Assembly (NCBI RefSeq): GCF_000143415.4
Contig: NW_003314262.1
Coordinates: 3,358,405-3,422,404 of the forward strand
Reading direction: 5' to 3'
Origin: Selaginella moellendorffii
Taxonomy: Eukaryota; Plantae; Lycopodiophyta
Length of the DNA: 64,000 bases
A program made the translations under genes and the position numbers. This document shows positions 11,969 to 25,058 of this stretch, in pieces. The notes under the pieces are model-generated. The model had not been told where the DNA came from and ran no database searches. It saw only the letters and a program-made list of their open reading frames with translations. The stretch's first letter is position 1. The number at the start of each line of letters is the position of its first letter.

Positions 11969-14719
11969 TGTTGTGTTTGACCATCGAATTGAATTTTTAT
12001 TCATGAGATTTTGGTCAATATACAACCAAAAACGACGCGTCTCCTGGCGTCCTAGCTGGCACTGGTGTCTGTCCGTACATTGTACGGTTTGCTACCGTAA
12101 CACTCCCACTCGGGCAGACGCCAAGTGCAGCCCGAAACTGAGAAAATTTCGGCTGGGAGAGTGCCTTGGTCAGAACGTCAGCAGGCATGTCCTGAGTAGA
12201 ACAATACACAAGCTCGACGATTCCATCTTCATATTGGTCTCGAAGAAAATGGTGTACTGTGTCCATGTGCTTTGTTCTTGAATTGATCTTGCGATTCTTG
12301 CTTAAGGCAATGCAGCCCTGATTGTCGCAATAGATCGCTGTTGAACCTGGAAGAGAGTGTTCCATGTCCGTTAGAAGACGACGAAGCCAGATGGCCTCCT
12401 TGCAAGCAGCGCTAGCAGCCATATACTCAGCTTCGCAGCTAGAGCAGGCCACAACACTTTGTTTCTTGCTGCTCCAAGAAAGAGCTGCTTGTTGCAAGCT
12501 AAAAAAATAGCCTGTGTGCGATCTTCGTGAATCTGGGCAGCCAGCCCAGTCCGAATCACAGTAGCCTTGTAAGCGTGTGACTTTTGACGTGTAAAGTAAG
12601 CCAAAAGAAGTGGTAGCTCGTAAGTACCGAAAAATTCTTTTTACTGCTTGCCAATGTGCAGGGCCTGGATTGTCGAGAAACCTGCTTACCATGCTCACTG
12701 AGAAGGCAATGTCTGGTCGTGTGCACACCACCAGGTACATCAAGCTTCCCACGGCACTTCGGTAAGGAACGTTCGCCATTTTCCTCCTATCCGAGTCTGT
12801 AGAAGGAGATGTATCCTTTGAAAGTCTTAAGCTAGCAACCATTGGCGTGGGTGCAGGTGCACAAGAGTCCATGCCAAATCGTTGCAGGACATCTTCCACA
12901 TACTTAGTTTGATGCAAAAAGAGGGAGCCATCTTTTCTGCGATCAATCTGGATGCCAAGGCAGTAGCGAGCTTCACCAAGGTCCATCTCAAAATGAGATG
13001 AGAAAGCCACCTTGATTTTAGCTAGGAAAGCAAGGCTGTTGCAAATGAGTAGAGTGTCATCTACATACACAGCGATGTAAATCACTTCATCTCCCACTCG
13101 TTTAAAGTAGAGATTCGGATCGTTCTTGCTCCTGGAAAAGTGAGATTTCACAAGAAAATCATCAAGCTTTTTGTACCATTGGCGAGAGGCTTGCTTCAAG
13201 CCATAAATCGCCTTGTGGAGCTTCCAAACGTGGCTCTCTTGTCCTGGGACCTTGTAGCCTTCCGGCTGCTCCATATAGATGTCCTCATCAAGCTCTCCAT
13301 TCAGGAAAGCCGTCTTGACATCCATCTGGTGTACGTGCCAATTGTGCGCAGCTGCTAAAGCGAGCAAGGTGCGAATGGTAGTCAGCTTGACCACCGGGGC
13401 AAACGTCTCAGTGTAATCCACACCAGCCACTTGAGAGTAGCCTTTTGCCACCAAGCGAGCCTTGTAGCGAGAAATGGTGTGGTCTGGGTTGAGCTTGATA
13501 CTAGGAATCCACATGGATTTCACTAGTTTACGCCCGGCCGGAGCTCTTTCCACCAAGGAGAAGGTGTTGTTCTTGAGAAAGGAGTTATACTCCTCATCAA
13601 AGGCTGCAACCCATTTGTCTCTGTTAGGAGAGGCAAGAGCATCGACGTAGCTGCGAGGAACTTCCAGAATGTCCACGCCAGCAAGCAATGTCTCAACCAA
13701 GCCTTCAGGAATGTCTTGAACGACCGAGAGCATTGTCTCGATCAACCGCTGCGGAGGAACACCTAAATACCGGCGGGGAGGCTGATCCGGAGGTACTGCA
13801 GGTTGCTCCGGAGGGCCTCGAGGAGAATCTGGTGCGCGCTGGGCAGCCGCGGGTGGTTCTCCATCGAAATATAGGTCATCCCTGAGTGGCTGTTGAGGCC
13901 GAACAGGGGATAGGGCACCCCTGTTTGGAGAATTTGGCAAAACCGGAACGCGTAGATCTCCCACCTGGAGATCTGGCGCTCTGGAAGCTCCCACTTGCAG
14001 CGGCAAGATAGGAGAGACTACCACCGGTTCCAAGGTTGAAGAAGAGTCTTCAGTTGGAAGAATCGGGGCAGGAGGGAAGAGATCTCCCACTGGATGAGAA
14101 CGAATAGCATTCTCATTGAAGTGAACGTCGCGGGAGATAATCAGCTTCCTGGAGACTAGGTTGAAAATCCTTGCTCCAGGCTATAGCCAAGAAAGATGCC
14201 TCGCTCGCTGGTGGGCGTAAGCTTCTTTCTGATGGCCTTGGGGACGTGAGTGTAGGCCTCACATCCAAAGATACGCAAGTGATCGATGGCTGGCTTGCGG
14301 CCTGACCAGGCTTCTTCAGGTGTTTTTCCAAACCGCGGCTTTTGTAGGGAGCCGATTTTGTAGATAGCAGGCTCATAACTGCTTCAGCCCAAAACATAGC
14401 AGGAACGCGGTTGGCTTGTAGCATGCTATTTGCGGCATCTATCAAGCTCCGGTTCTTGCGTTCTGCAACTACTCCTCATCCCAATGCACCTAGTGATGCG
14501 TCTTGCTGTTGCTATTGCACGCCTACGCATCCTACACTGGTTTCTCCTTCTCGTCATCCAGGATCATAGATCTGCTCCGATACCATGTTGTGTTTGACCA
14601 TCGAATTGAATTTTTATTCATGAGATTTTGGTCAATATACAACCAAAAACGACGCGTCTCCTGGCGTCCTAGCTGGCACTGGTGTCTGTCCGTACATTGT
14701 ACGGTTTGCTACCGTAACA
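11969..14719 (-). mobile_element. Ty1/Copia LTR retrotransposon, internally deleted (RT-RNaseH intact; gag, protease and most of integrase missing)
   Basis: 134-bp TG..CA LTRs at 11969-12102 and 14586-14719 appear identical; TSD ATCAC (11964-68, 14720-24); PBS TGGTATCGGAGC; PPT AGTGGGAG. ORF 12015-14090 has YKARLVAKG, QMDVKTAFLNG, LYG-like IYGLKQA, YVDD, YCDSDWAG, TKHMD, ADVLTK. Confidence 0.97.
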
Positions 14720-15384
14720 ATCACGAGCCTGTCCACGCTAACGCCGGAGAGCTGCATCCTCCGGAAGAGATCCATCCCCTCGCGATGCAATCCCATCTCG
14801 GCGTGCGCCGCGATGATCAACGTCCATGTGAGAACATTGGGGTCGGGGATCTCGCTCGCATTTGCAGTAGAAGTGGACAAGTGCGCTGCCAATGACGTGA
14901 TTGCGATTCCACTCGCCACGATCCGGGCGTGGAGATCGCTCCCAGTGGCGAGATCTCTGGTGGAGGAGCACGCGCCCAGGATCGCGAGGAAGGTCACGAA
15001 CGTCGTCTGGCTTCACGCCCTCGAGATCCATCCGGCGGAAGAGATCCCATATAATGGTACCTTGGTCGTCACTGTGGACACATGTTCCAGCTTCAGCTTT
15101 GTGTGTTCAGTTCCAACACACTAGTGGTGTCTGTTAGCGTTGACCAATATTTATGGTTCCAGTAGCGAAGACACAAAATGTCTTGTTTAAATGCCGCAAA
15201 ACTTTAGAGCTCCAATCCATTTTCGTACGTATATGATGGATTAAAATACGCCAAGCATACGTACAGGCGGAGAAATTAGGTTAAGAAAAAGTTAAAGTTT
15301 TATTTTGGGTGAGCAATTAAATATATTGCAACACTTTGTATATAGCAAGTTTTATTTTTATTTATTAATCCAATTGATCAAATA

Positions 15385-15630
15385 AAGTTTATAATTATAA
15401 ACATGTTTGTAATTTATAAACACAAGATTAATCTTATTGCATATCAACCATTAGATAATAAAATATTCTAAAATATTTAAGCATATTTTAAGTATATTCA
15501 CTGCCATTCAGTTTGCTTAAGCAAACCAAAAACCACTCTCACTTATAACATACTATGGCATGCAATTCCTAAAAGGCTGTTTCATTCACAATACGTGTCT
15601 GGCTGCTATTGGTCCACATGTAATGTGAGT
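15385..15630. repeat. Diverged ~230-bp repeat, inverted partner of 25150-25372
   Basis: Shared blocks such as AAGCATATT.TAAGTATATTCA and the palindrome GTTTGCTTAAGCAAAC, in opposite orientation. Confidence 0.7.
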
Positions 15631-16648
15631 GTGAAAAAAACACAGGCATAGAATATTTCATGAATATCCATCCTTATGCCATGGATGGGGCTTCATGCCC
15701 ATAGCAATGACCCATGCTATGTGCGGAATGGAGTCATTCATGCTATGTGTAGAAGGAGTCCACCAGGTAGCATGAAGAGTTCATCACCCTTCCGTCTAGA
15801 GTTGCCAAGCTGAATCTCACTAGTTCCTTATCCCACCCAAAGGCATTGGAATCGAGCTTGAGTCTCCAAGAGGCGGTGTTGCTACTCCTCGGCCTCAGCC
15901 TGGTATGTGTCCTCATCCTGGTGCTCTTCTCGCCGCTGCTGGTGACGTTCATGCTCTTCATGCTGGGGATCGTGGGGCTGGCCTGATCGAGGTGCCGGCT
16001 GGGGCGTCACAAGAGCCGGCGGAGGCGCTACAAGCACCACAGCGCTGGCGATGGATTCTTCTGGGGTGACGATCTGGTAACAAGCGGGAATGAAGGGCTG
16101 GAGAGTGAGAAGCAGCAAAGGGTGAACCGAGTATCTCGAGGACCTCAGGCCGCTGGAAGATCCATTCCTGGGAATCGACGACGCCTGGGCAGCTCCTCTC
16201 GATCCTTCCTCCTCTTGGGACAGATTGGACGACGACGGTTTCTTCCCGAACAATTGCGGCGCTCGCAGCGATGTGTCCAACCTGGGGGATGAAAACTCCG
16301 GGAGTCTAGAGGTTTGGCAGCAGCAGAGAATTGGCGGCAGATAGCTTAGTTCCTGGAGCTAGGCTCAACTTCCTGTTCCCAGAGAGCTCTAGCCAGCAAA
16401 CCATCTTGAGGTGCGCCACTTAAGTATCTGGCACCATGCTTTGAGGACCATTCCCAGTATTCTGCGGTGCTTCCCCAAGTCACAGCCAAAGATCTCGAAG
16501 AAAAGCTGTGGCAAACAGCCGGAGTAGCTTGATCTATCCATAAGCCCTGGAGAAAGCGGGAAAAAAATTATGAGCCAGAGAGGATCACCAAAAGAAAGTG
16601 CTTCTTACTAGGATTCTTGCTTAGATCAAATATTTTTCCAAGAGAAAG

Positions 16649-19600
16649 TGAAGAGGTGTGGATACTCCTCTTCACTGGAAATCTATTGTTAGTAAGAAAA
16701 CAAAAGAGAAAAGGGCCCGATCTCCAAGGGCTAAGAAGAAGGACGAGTGAAAGAATGCTATGTATTGATAAAAAAAATAATGAATGAAGATAGGGATTCA
16801 CAATTTGGATTCCCTCTTTTGAAAGGCTAGCAGTTCTACTGCCAGCATATACTATATGTTGTGCATGATCTCCGATGCAACCCTAGGTTCAAGGTTGGAG
16901 TTCCTTGAGCCTGGGTTTTTGGTTGATACACTCTGCTCCCCTGACAGAACTAGACACTGTCCTTGGTGTGAACATAGTCAGTCTCCATCACTTGTTGCTG
17001 CTCGGACATCCATGTCCATTGGGCATCTTGCTTTAGTCCATCGGTGAGTGGTTTGGCGATGTGAGCGTACTTGTGGATGAAGCGTCAGTGATATCCAACT
17101 TTGCCGAGGAAGCGTCGAAGTTCTTTCTAATTCTTCAGCGGTTCGAGTTTGGAGATGACGTCAACTTTGTCCTTATCGATGAGAATGCCATCTTTGCAGA
17201 CAACGTGGCTGAGAAGTACTCCAAATTTGATGAAGAAAGCGCATTTGTTGGGGTTGAGTACTATGTTGCTCTCCTCGCACTTGTCGAGGCATTTCTCAAG
17301 GCATTCAAGATGTCGATCTTCTGAGCTGAAAACGCTAAAGTCATCCATGAAGACTCTCATGAAATCAGTGAGGTAGTCTCAAAAAGTGTTGGTGACAAGT
17401 CTTTGGAAGGTGAATGGGGCATTGTAGAGTCTGAAAGGCATTTGTCGGTAAGTATAAGCTCCCCATGGACTGACGAATGCTGTCTTGTGCTGACCTTCTT
17501 CAGCAATATGAATTTGGTTGTAGCCGGAGAAACCGTCGAGGAAGAAGTACATCTCGTATCTGGCAACTGCATCAAGAACTTCATCAGTAAATGGTATTGG
17601 GAAGACATATTTTTCGGTGGCATCATTGAGCTGTTTATAGTTGACATAGATTTGAAGTTTGCCGTTTTTCTTGGGCACAACCACCAGTGGGAAAGCCAGA
17701 TTGGATTCTGAATTGGGTAGATGTACTCGACTTGGACAAGCTTGTTGAGTTCTTTCTTTACTTGTTCCATCAGATTCGGATTCATCCTGTAGGCTGCTTG
17801 TCTTCTCGGTTTGAGTCTGGAAGAAGGGTGATGGTGTGAAGGCTGAGTGTTGGTGAAACTCCCTTAAGGTCTCGGTAACTCCAAGTGAACAAGTGTTTCT
17901 TCTTTCGAAGAAGTTTGATGCCTTGGTCGGCCATTTAGACATTAAAAGGTGCTGGGTGGATTGGGCCGATGTTGAGTTGTTGAACAAGACTTTCTTCAAT
18001 AATATTGATGCTGGAGCCACTGTCAATTATGGCTCCGCAAACAAGGTGTTTGTCGAGTAGGTCGATTGTCAGAACATCATTGTCGCAATCGCCTGGTTGA
18101 ATCTCGGTTTGAAATGTGTCGACAGCTGTCCATGTCAGGTTGAGTTTGGGCGAGTCTGTCAGAGTGTTAGTCGGTGCAGATGTCAGATCAGTGAGTTGTT
18201 TGGTGAGGTAGGGTGCAATCTTCAGCAGTTGGCCGACGGTGATCTGAATATTTTGGTTGAGGATAGTCTCTGCTACTTCTTGGATTTCCTTGAAGTTTGC
18301 CAAATTGTGTTGTGGTGTCGGTGTCGATGTCGGACAATTTTTCTGTCAGTTTTCTGGTATTGAGTCTTGTCATTGTTGTCGAGCTGGTGATGGTTGAGCT
18401 TCATTGTCGGAGTCTAAAATCACTAACTCAGGTGGTTTGTAGAGTGAGTTGCTGTTGTATCTTGGCAGCTAACTTTTGCTTCTTTTTCCATTCCTGGAGT
18501 TTTGTCAGGCTCTCTGGGCCCTTCTCTTCACTATCTCCGGAATCTCTGTCCGGTTGTTGTTGTTTTTCTGCTCAAATTTGTGCTTGGGTTTGTACTGCCA
18601 TGACTTGAGGATCTGAGTCATCATTGTTAGCATAAGGTAGTTTATTGGTCTCGACCATCCTTGTTGTTGGTGGTCGGTGCTGGTTCTGATCTTGTTGTCG
18701 AGGAGGTGGCGGACCAAGTCTCGGCGGACTGCCTTGGTTTTGAAGTCGAGGTTGCCATGGTCGGTTGTTGTAGTTGCCTTGGTAGCCCTGGTCTTGATAA
18801 CCTTGGCCTTGGTATCTTCGGTTCTGGTATCTTGGGTATTGTTGGTATCCTTGGTTGTAGTTGTCTCAGTTTGCCAGGTAGTTCCGGTTCGGCAGGTATT
18901 GTCGATCGTTGTAGTTGTTGTAGTCATTGTTGTAATTGTTGTAGTTGTTGTAGCAAGGTTGATCATTCCATTGTCAACTCTGGTGTTGGAAGTTGTTTCT
19001 CGGCAGTCTCCAGTTTGTCAAAGGTGGTGCCTGGTAATTGTCAAAGTATTGATTTGGATATGGTTGTCAAAACTACTGTCAGGGATAGTTTGAGATTTGT
19101 CGAACTTCTGCAGAATTTTGAAATCTGCAAGTCTTGGCATCATGACCTTCTTTGGCACAGATCTGGCATTTGGAGATTTGGAGCTTGCGGTCAGTTGCTG
19201 GATGTCCTTCGTTCTTGCACTTAGTACACCAAATTCTAGATCGAAATTCTTTGATGTCGGCCTTGGCTTTTCCCTTGAGCTTGTTGATTGTTTTCCTAAG
19301 TTTCCAAAGTTTTGACTTGGCGCTCTCTCCGAGTTCATCGTCGGAGTCGTCGTCTAAACTACTGTCAGAATCTGAGTTGTCCGTATCATCAACTTGTGCT
19401 GTCATTCGTCGAGCTTGAACATGTTGAAGGGCTCTTGCTAGTTCGAGGTAAGTGGTGATGTTGATGTGTGTTGCTGCTTCTCGGAGGATCGTTAGAGGCC
19501 TTGCATGTACCATTGGTAAAGTAAAGTTTCAGTGGCACTGTTGCCACATTTACTGGCATGTCGAGTGAAGGTTTGAGTGTAGTCATCAATGGATTGACCG

Positions 19601-22600
19601 GACTTCTGCTTAAGTTTCTGGATCTTGTGTAGTTGTTGGCTTTGAGTGAGGGAAGACTTGAATTGGTCTACGAGCTTGAGTGTGAGGTCATCAAAACTTG
19701 TATTTTGAGGAAGCGTTTGAGCCCATTCGTTGGCTCTCTTTCAAAGGGTACATCGGAAGTAGTATGGGAGTTCGGTTGTCTGGCTGTTGATGTAGATTGC
19801 TTCTTGGAACTGTTCGACATGTTTCTCAACATCTTCCGATTTGAGACCATGAAATAGGGGATAGGAGATGTGTCTTCCAACGGTATGTTGGCAACGGTGG
19901 TAGTGACTGCCATTTGTTGCTGGTTGTAATGTCGGTATTGTCGAGGTTGTTTTGTTGGGTTCTCACTGTGGAGTCCAAAGGTGATTTGGAGCAAGGGGTT
20001 GTTGGGGTCGACGGCAAAGTCGGTGTAGGAGGAAGGTGGTGAATTGTTGTTATTGTTTAGTGGACTCTTCTCTGTTTTTTCTTTTGTGTTGGGACTGTTT
20101 TCAGGTGTGTCGTCGACATTGTCGTTGGTGTCGGGTTGCTTGCCAGTGTTGATTTCCAGAAGATGGTGCTTGAACTTTTTGTCGACGTACTTGTCGGAGT
20201 TATGTTGTGTTGGTTGTGGTTGTTCTTCTAAATTGTCCAAGTGTTCTTCAAACGTATAGTTGTGTGGTGATTGTGGTTGCTGTGGAAGATTGTTGTTGTC
20301 GACAATTGGTTTGTCGATCTCGTTGTTGTTGGATGATTGTAGCTGTTCGGCAGCTTGGTGTGAGTTGTTGACTTATTCGTCGAGTGCTTGACTATTGGAC
20401 GATTCAGGTTGTTCGTCTTTACTGCTGTTGACTGGGTATATCGGAGTTCGACTGTAGTGGGTGAAGTCAAGTTGTTGTCTTGTCGGCGTGTGAAGTCGAA
20501 AGCGTGTTTGAAAGGTCTTGCTAATAGTGGGCTTCGGTAGATGTTGGAAGCAAATGTGGGATATATTGGTGTTGTGAAGATTGGTCGATATGGCAAAAAT
20601 GGTGCTGGTCTGGTGAAGTCTGTGAAGCCGGGCGGGAAACTTGGTCGTTCGTCGTCATTGTAGATGGGGTTGGTGAATGTAACTTTGAAGTGGTTGTATG
20701 CTGCTTGAAAAATGTTTTGTTGCTCGGGCATAGTCTGTGTCGACTGCTCGAATGTTTGGTCAAGCTCAGGCACTTCAGTGGGTGCCGTCAAGGGTGTTGG
20801 TTCAGGCTCAGGCACTTTGGTGGGTGCTGTCAAGGGTGCTGCCAGTGGTGTGTTCAGTGGTGTTGTATAGTCATCGTATTCTTCACGGATGTCTGAGACT
20901 GGTTCGTCGGAGATAGCTTGTAGTAACAATTCATGGCAGATGTAATTCTCTCTCTTGGAGGGTTGGATAAGTTGATTCAACTTCTCTTGTCTTTCTTTCT
21001 CTTTGTTTCTAAATTCTTCAAATCTCTATCTAAACATCAAATAAGCTGTTGTCGGTCTTCTTCCGACTTGCTGGATGTTCTTCTTGGTTTTGGATGCATG
21101 CATTCTTCTACTTGTTGTCGGTGTCAGATTCGTGTCTGCAATCGGTCATGCAGTTCTGGCAGAACTTCAGGAAGACTGGTGGTGGGTAATTGTTGATAAA
21201 GTTATTGTGAGCTTGTTCTTTCTTTTTGGTGCAAATGTCGACAGTGGTGCATGTTGGGTTGGGTTGTGTTCAATCGAGTTATGTGGGGTCGAGTTTGCTG
21301 GTGCAGTATGCAGATTGGTCTTCCACTTGCTGGTGCCGAGATGGAGTTCGATGAAGAGTTTCGGATACTCAGGTTTGTCAGGAATGATTTCTTCGATAAT
21401 TTTGTCGAGTTGTTCGAGTCCGGATTGGGCGATGGCATGATTGGCAAGAGTTGTTGCAGCGAACGTGTTGATTTCGAACCATAGTTGCAGCTAGACATGC
21501 AAACGTTCCAAGTGTCGATGTTTGAATGCCGTTTAGAACGTTTTTTCAGGACAATCCAACTTTTACATGTTAAAGCCTAAAATGATTAAGAAAACACTAA
21601 TATTTACTAAAGACACTTTAATCTAATATTAATTTTATAAAACGTAACCGAATAACATAGTAAAACAAATGAAAGAAGAAGCCGTTTTAGTCGTCTTCCG
21701 ATTCTGAATCATCTTCCATTCCTTCATCGATGCTAAACTCCTCAGCAGCCTGATTTGGTTCCTCAAAAGCTTCTTGTAGATCCAAAATCCTCTTCCAATG
21801 AGGCTCCAACTCCAGCTTGTCTATATCAATCTCCAACATCCTCAAACCTTCACTCTCCAGCTTCTAAGCAACCCGCAAGTTTGTGTGAATGTAAACCAGC
21901 TTCTTAGCATTTTTGGGAAGCAAGCAGGACCTGCACTTTGTTTGTATCAAGCTCCATGAACTCCAATTCCTCTCGCATGGAGAAGCGCAAACAACTTGGC
22001 TTAAAATCTGGACAGCCATGCGACGTAGATGAGGCATCTCTAAACCAAAAGAACTCCACGAGGTTACTGGAAACTTTCTGGTCTCCCGATCCTTGGCAAT
22101 AGGTAACCTCATTTGCCTTCCAAGCTGTTGCCGAAACCTCTCAAACTGTGCCTACAATCTCAACTGCAAGTCCAGATCACCTCTGCTATAAACATGCATA
22201 TACTCCAGCCAGTTCCAACGTGCCTCATTGTCCAACTTGTTGTTCTCCGGGTTATCCCCCAGAAATAGAGGATGAAGAGCAAAAGCAGCTCCATGAATTA
22301 CGTTGTGCATTTGATACCACCTTGCCTCCTTCAGACCATGTGATTCAAGTAGGAAATCCTTGACTTGTCCCACTTCCTCATGTGCATAAATTCCATTTCG
22401 AGCTCCCTCATCCATCTTCTCAATCAGCCGATCAATAGCTTCAAAGATGAGGCCTGAAGTCGCCCCCTCCTGATCAGCGAGCCGAAGAACTCAAAGTAAA
22501 GGTCCGAGCAAAATTAATAAATTCTCGCACCGCTCCCAGAACGAGTCATCGAGAACACGAGATCGCAGCTCCAGGCCCTCCGGCTTCTTAGACCAGTCAA

Positions 22601-25058
22601 GTCGCTCCCATTCTTGGCTCACCACCGTTCTTCAAAGCCCGGAGAGATTCGTGGTCTCCAGAAGCTGAGACATCACAAGAAAAATATAAGCAAACCTTGT
22701 GGTCACAGGCTTTATCAGGTCCCGTTTGCAGAAAGTTCTATAAAGAGCTAGAACCCGTGGCTTTGAGGTGATGAAGGTAACTGTCTTCACACAGCCATCG
22801 ACGAAAGGCTACACCCAAGACAAAGCTCCAATATCTTCGAACAGCAAGTCCATAATGTGGCAAACGCAGCGAACGTGTACAATCTGTGGAAACTCCTGTT
22901 GCAAAAGCTCCCCCATGACCACGCAGTTGCTTGCATTGTCCATCACCACCTGCACAATGTTTTCCACGCCAACCTCGGCAATCACTTGTTTCAGATGCTC
23001 AAACAACCATGCTCCGGTTTTCTTTGCGTTCTTGCTGTCCATAGCCTTCAGGAAAATTGAGCCTCTCACAGAACTGACCATGAAGTTGATAAGAGACCGC
23101 TTCTTGATATCAGACCAGCCATCCGTGACAATGGTACAACCATATGTATTGGACGAGCATCCCCGGTTGGAATGGGATGACGTGTGGCAATCTTGGCCCC
23201 AGATGATAGGTCAAATTCAAAGAGATCAGAATACTCCTTCATGAGCTGGTCAACAGCTGCAACACAAAGATCATCGGAGGGATCAGAAAAGGGCCTCCAA
23301 CTTAGCCGCACATCTTCAAGCCGCTTCTGAACGTTGTTGTAGATTCGTTGTAGCTCAGTTGTCCACAACTTCTCATATCCCATGAGGTTGTCAATCACTG
23401 GATGCCCCACTTTTGCGGCAACTTTCAGCATTCTCTTCAAGTTGTCTCTTCGGATTGTGTTGAAGGAGATGTTCTCGGCAAAGCAGAACTCTGCAACAGC
23501 ATCATCCAATGCCTCAGCCGAAGAAGTATCAAAAAATATCACCAAATTTCCATCTGAGGATCTGCATTTCACTGCTCTACTTGTCCCAGCACTGGACCAG
23601 TTCTCCGTGCTTGCCACCATAGATTCTGCTGGCCCCCCTGAACCCTGTGCGGCTTGCTGCAGCAGATGCCCATCATCAGCATCTGCTGGGTCTGCTAGCT
23701 CGGAATCGAAAAAACTGCTGTGAGCTTTTTTAAGAACCTCATAAGGGATCTCCCTCATTGCCTTGCACGTTTTCACACCTCTTGCCCAAACTCCATGAGA
23801 TGTGCTCGCACTCGGTCCGCTCCCCTAGTGTGAATCTCATGACAATACTTACATGTCCAGTGCCGCTCTGCTCGTATCACATGCTTCCAGCTCCAGCATT
23901 TGCGGTGTCCTCCAATTCCTGTCATGACCACAAGAACCCTGAAGAAACCCTAAAAAAACCTTTGTCTCTTTTCACAAATAGTGCAAATGAGTTGGGAGTT
24001 TAGAACAGCGTTTTTGAACGCATTTAAAATGTTACGTTTTTTAAGTTTCACATGTTTTCCAGCAACTATGTTTCGAACCAAGTTTGGACTGTTGTTTCAG
24101 TGTTGAGCTGATGACTTTGTCGGAGGGGTTGTCAAAAAAGCGGTGGTGTGTTGTCAAGTTGTCCCTTGACAAGTTCTCCGATACGGGGTAACAGAGTGAT
24201 GGGTTCGTCGTTGGTGTAGGTTTTGAGGATGTGCTTTGGTATTGGGAGTGGGCATGGGAACTGGAATCGTGTTGGAGCGCTAGGATTGTCGGGGCGACGA
24301 CTGCACGGAAGAGGGGTTCGTTTCGGCAGTGGTGTCGGTTCGTGTCGAGTGCGCTGGTTGAGTTGGAGTGTGTGGTCTTGTGCTTGGAGATGGAGTTCGC
24401 CAGTGAAGTTGCTAAGGGCGTCCACTGATGAAGGTGCTGGGCGACTGGAGATTCTTGTTGAAAAGGGTTGTTGGTGTTCTTTGTTGGTGATGAGACTTGG
24501 AGATCTTGAGAGAGAGCTTTCAGATTCTTCAAAGATCTCCTCTGGAAAGCATCTGTCTATACTGCATTAGGCAGCAACTGCTTGGACACCATTGATCCAT
24601 GTTGATGGTGGCATTTACTTGTTGAATTTGGGCGAATTTACGAATTTTGGTGTAATTTGGGCAAATTTGGGTGAGGTGGGTAGATTTTTCGATCATTCTT
24701 GCTATCTGTGCATAGAGAATGGAGAAAGAATGGAAGAATTTGTGAACCTGAAGGGGAATTCAGAGGCTGTGGTTGCCAAATGAAGAGGTCTTCTTTGCTG
24801 GAAATCTATTGTTAGTAACAAAACAAAAGAGAAAAGGGCCTAATCTCTAAAGGCTGAGAAGAAGGATGAGTGAAAAAATGCTGTGTATTGATAAAAAAAA
24901 ATAATGAATGGAGATAGGGATCCACAATTTGGATTCCCCCTTTTGAAAGGTTGGCGGTTCTAACTGCCAACATATACTATATGTTGTGCATGATCTAATA
25001 TATGGCTCCAATGCAGCCCTAGGTTCAAAGTTAGAGTTCCCAGTTTTTGGTTGATACA
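16649..25058 (-). mobile_element. Ty3/Gypsy non-chromovirus (Athila/Tat-like) LTR retrotransposon, degenerate, RNaseH and integrase deleted
   Basis: LTRs 16649-16930 and 24781-25058 (TGAAGAGG..GATACA, diverged); TSD GAAAG (16644-48, 25059-63); PBS-like TGGCAACCACAG; PPT AGGGGAGCAGAG. Gag zinc knuckles CTKCKNEGH/CQICAKEGHDAKTC, protease IIDSGSSINII, RT LDGFSGYNQI and FMDDFSV. Confidence 0.95.
21480..24070 (-). mobile_element. hAT DNA transposon nested in the Gypsy (frameshifted transposase)
   Basis: TIR CATAGTTGC..GCAACTATG; 8-bp TSD TTTCGAAC (21472-79, 24071-78). BED finger CKYC..H..C, DUF659-type TDGWSD and VVMDNASN, dimerisation CERNWS..KLVYIHTN. Confidence 0.95.

Larger units (their letters stand above)
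8500..15047. repeat. Decayed segmental duplicate of 35402-46434 lacking ~7.3 kb (35676-43017)
   Basis: 8500-8764 matches 35402-35675; 8763 onward matches 43016 onward (GC microhomology); similarity ends at 15047/46434. Confidence 0.95.
10612..15047 (-). pseudogene. PPR pseudogene (paralog of 44796-46754), 5'-truncated, Copia-interrupted, with inverted insert
   Basis: Colinear with the intact PPR; many small deletions; Copia at 11969-14719; N gap 11330-11429. Confidence 0.93.

Noticed and set aside
15100-15125. Hairpin GTGTGTT/AACACAC plus CTAGT as a second Helitron end
   Set aside because: The hairpin overlaps the CTAG with no spacer and there is no Helitron sequence upstream.
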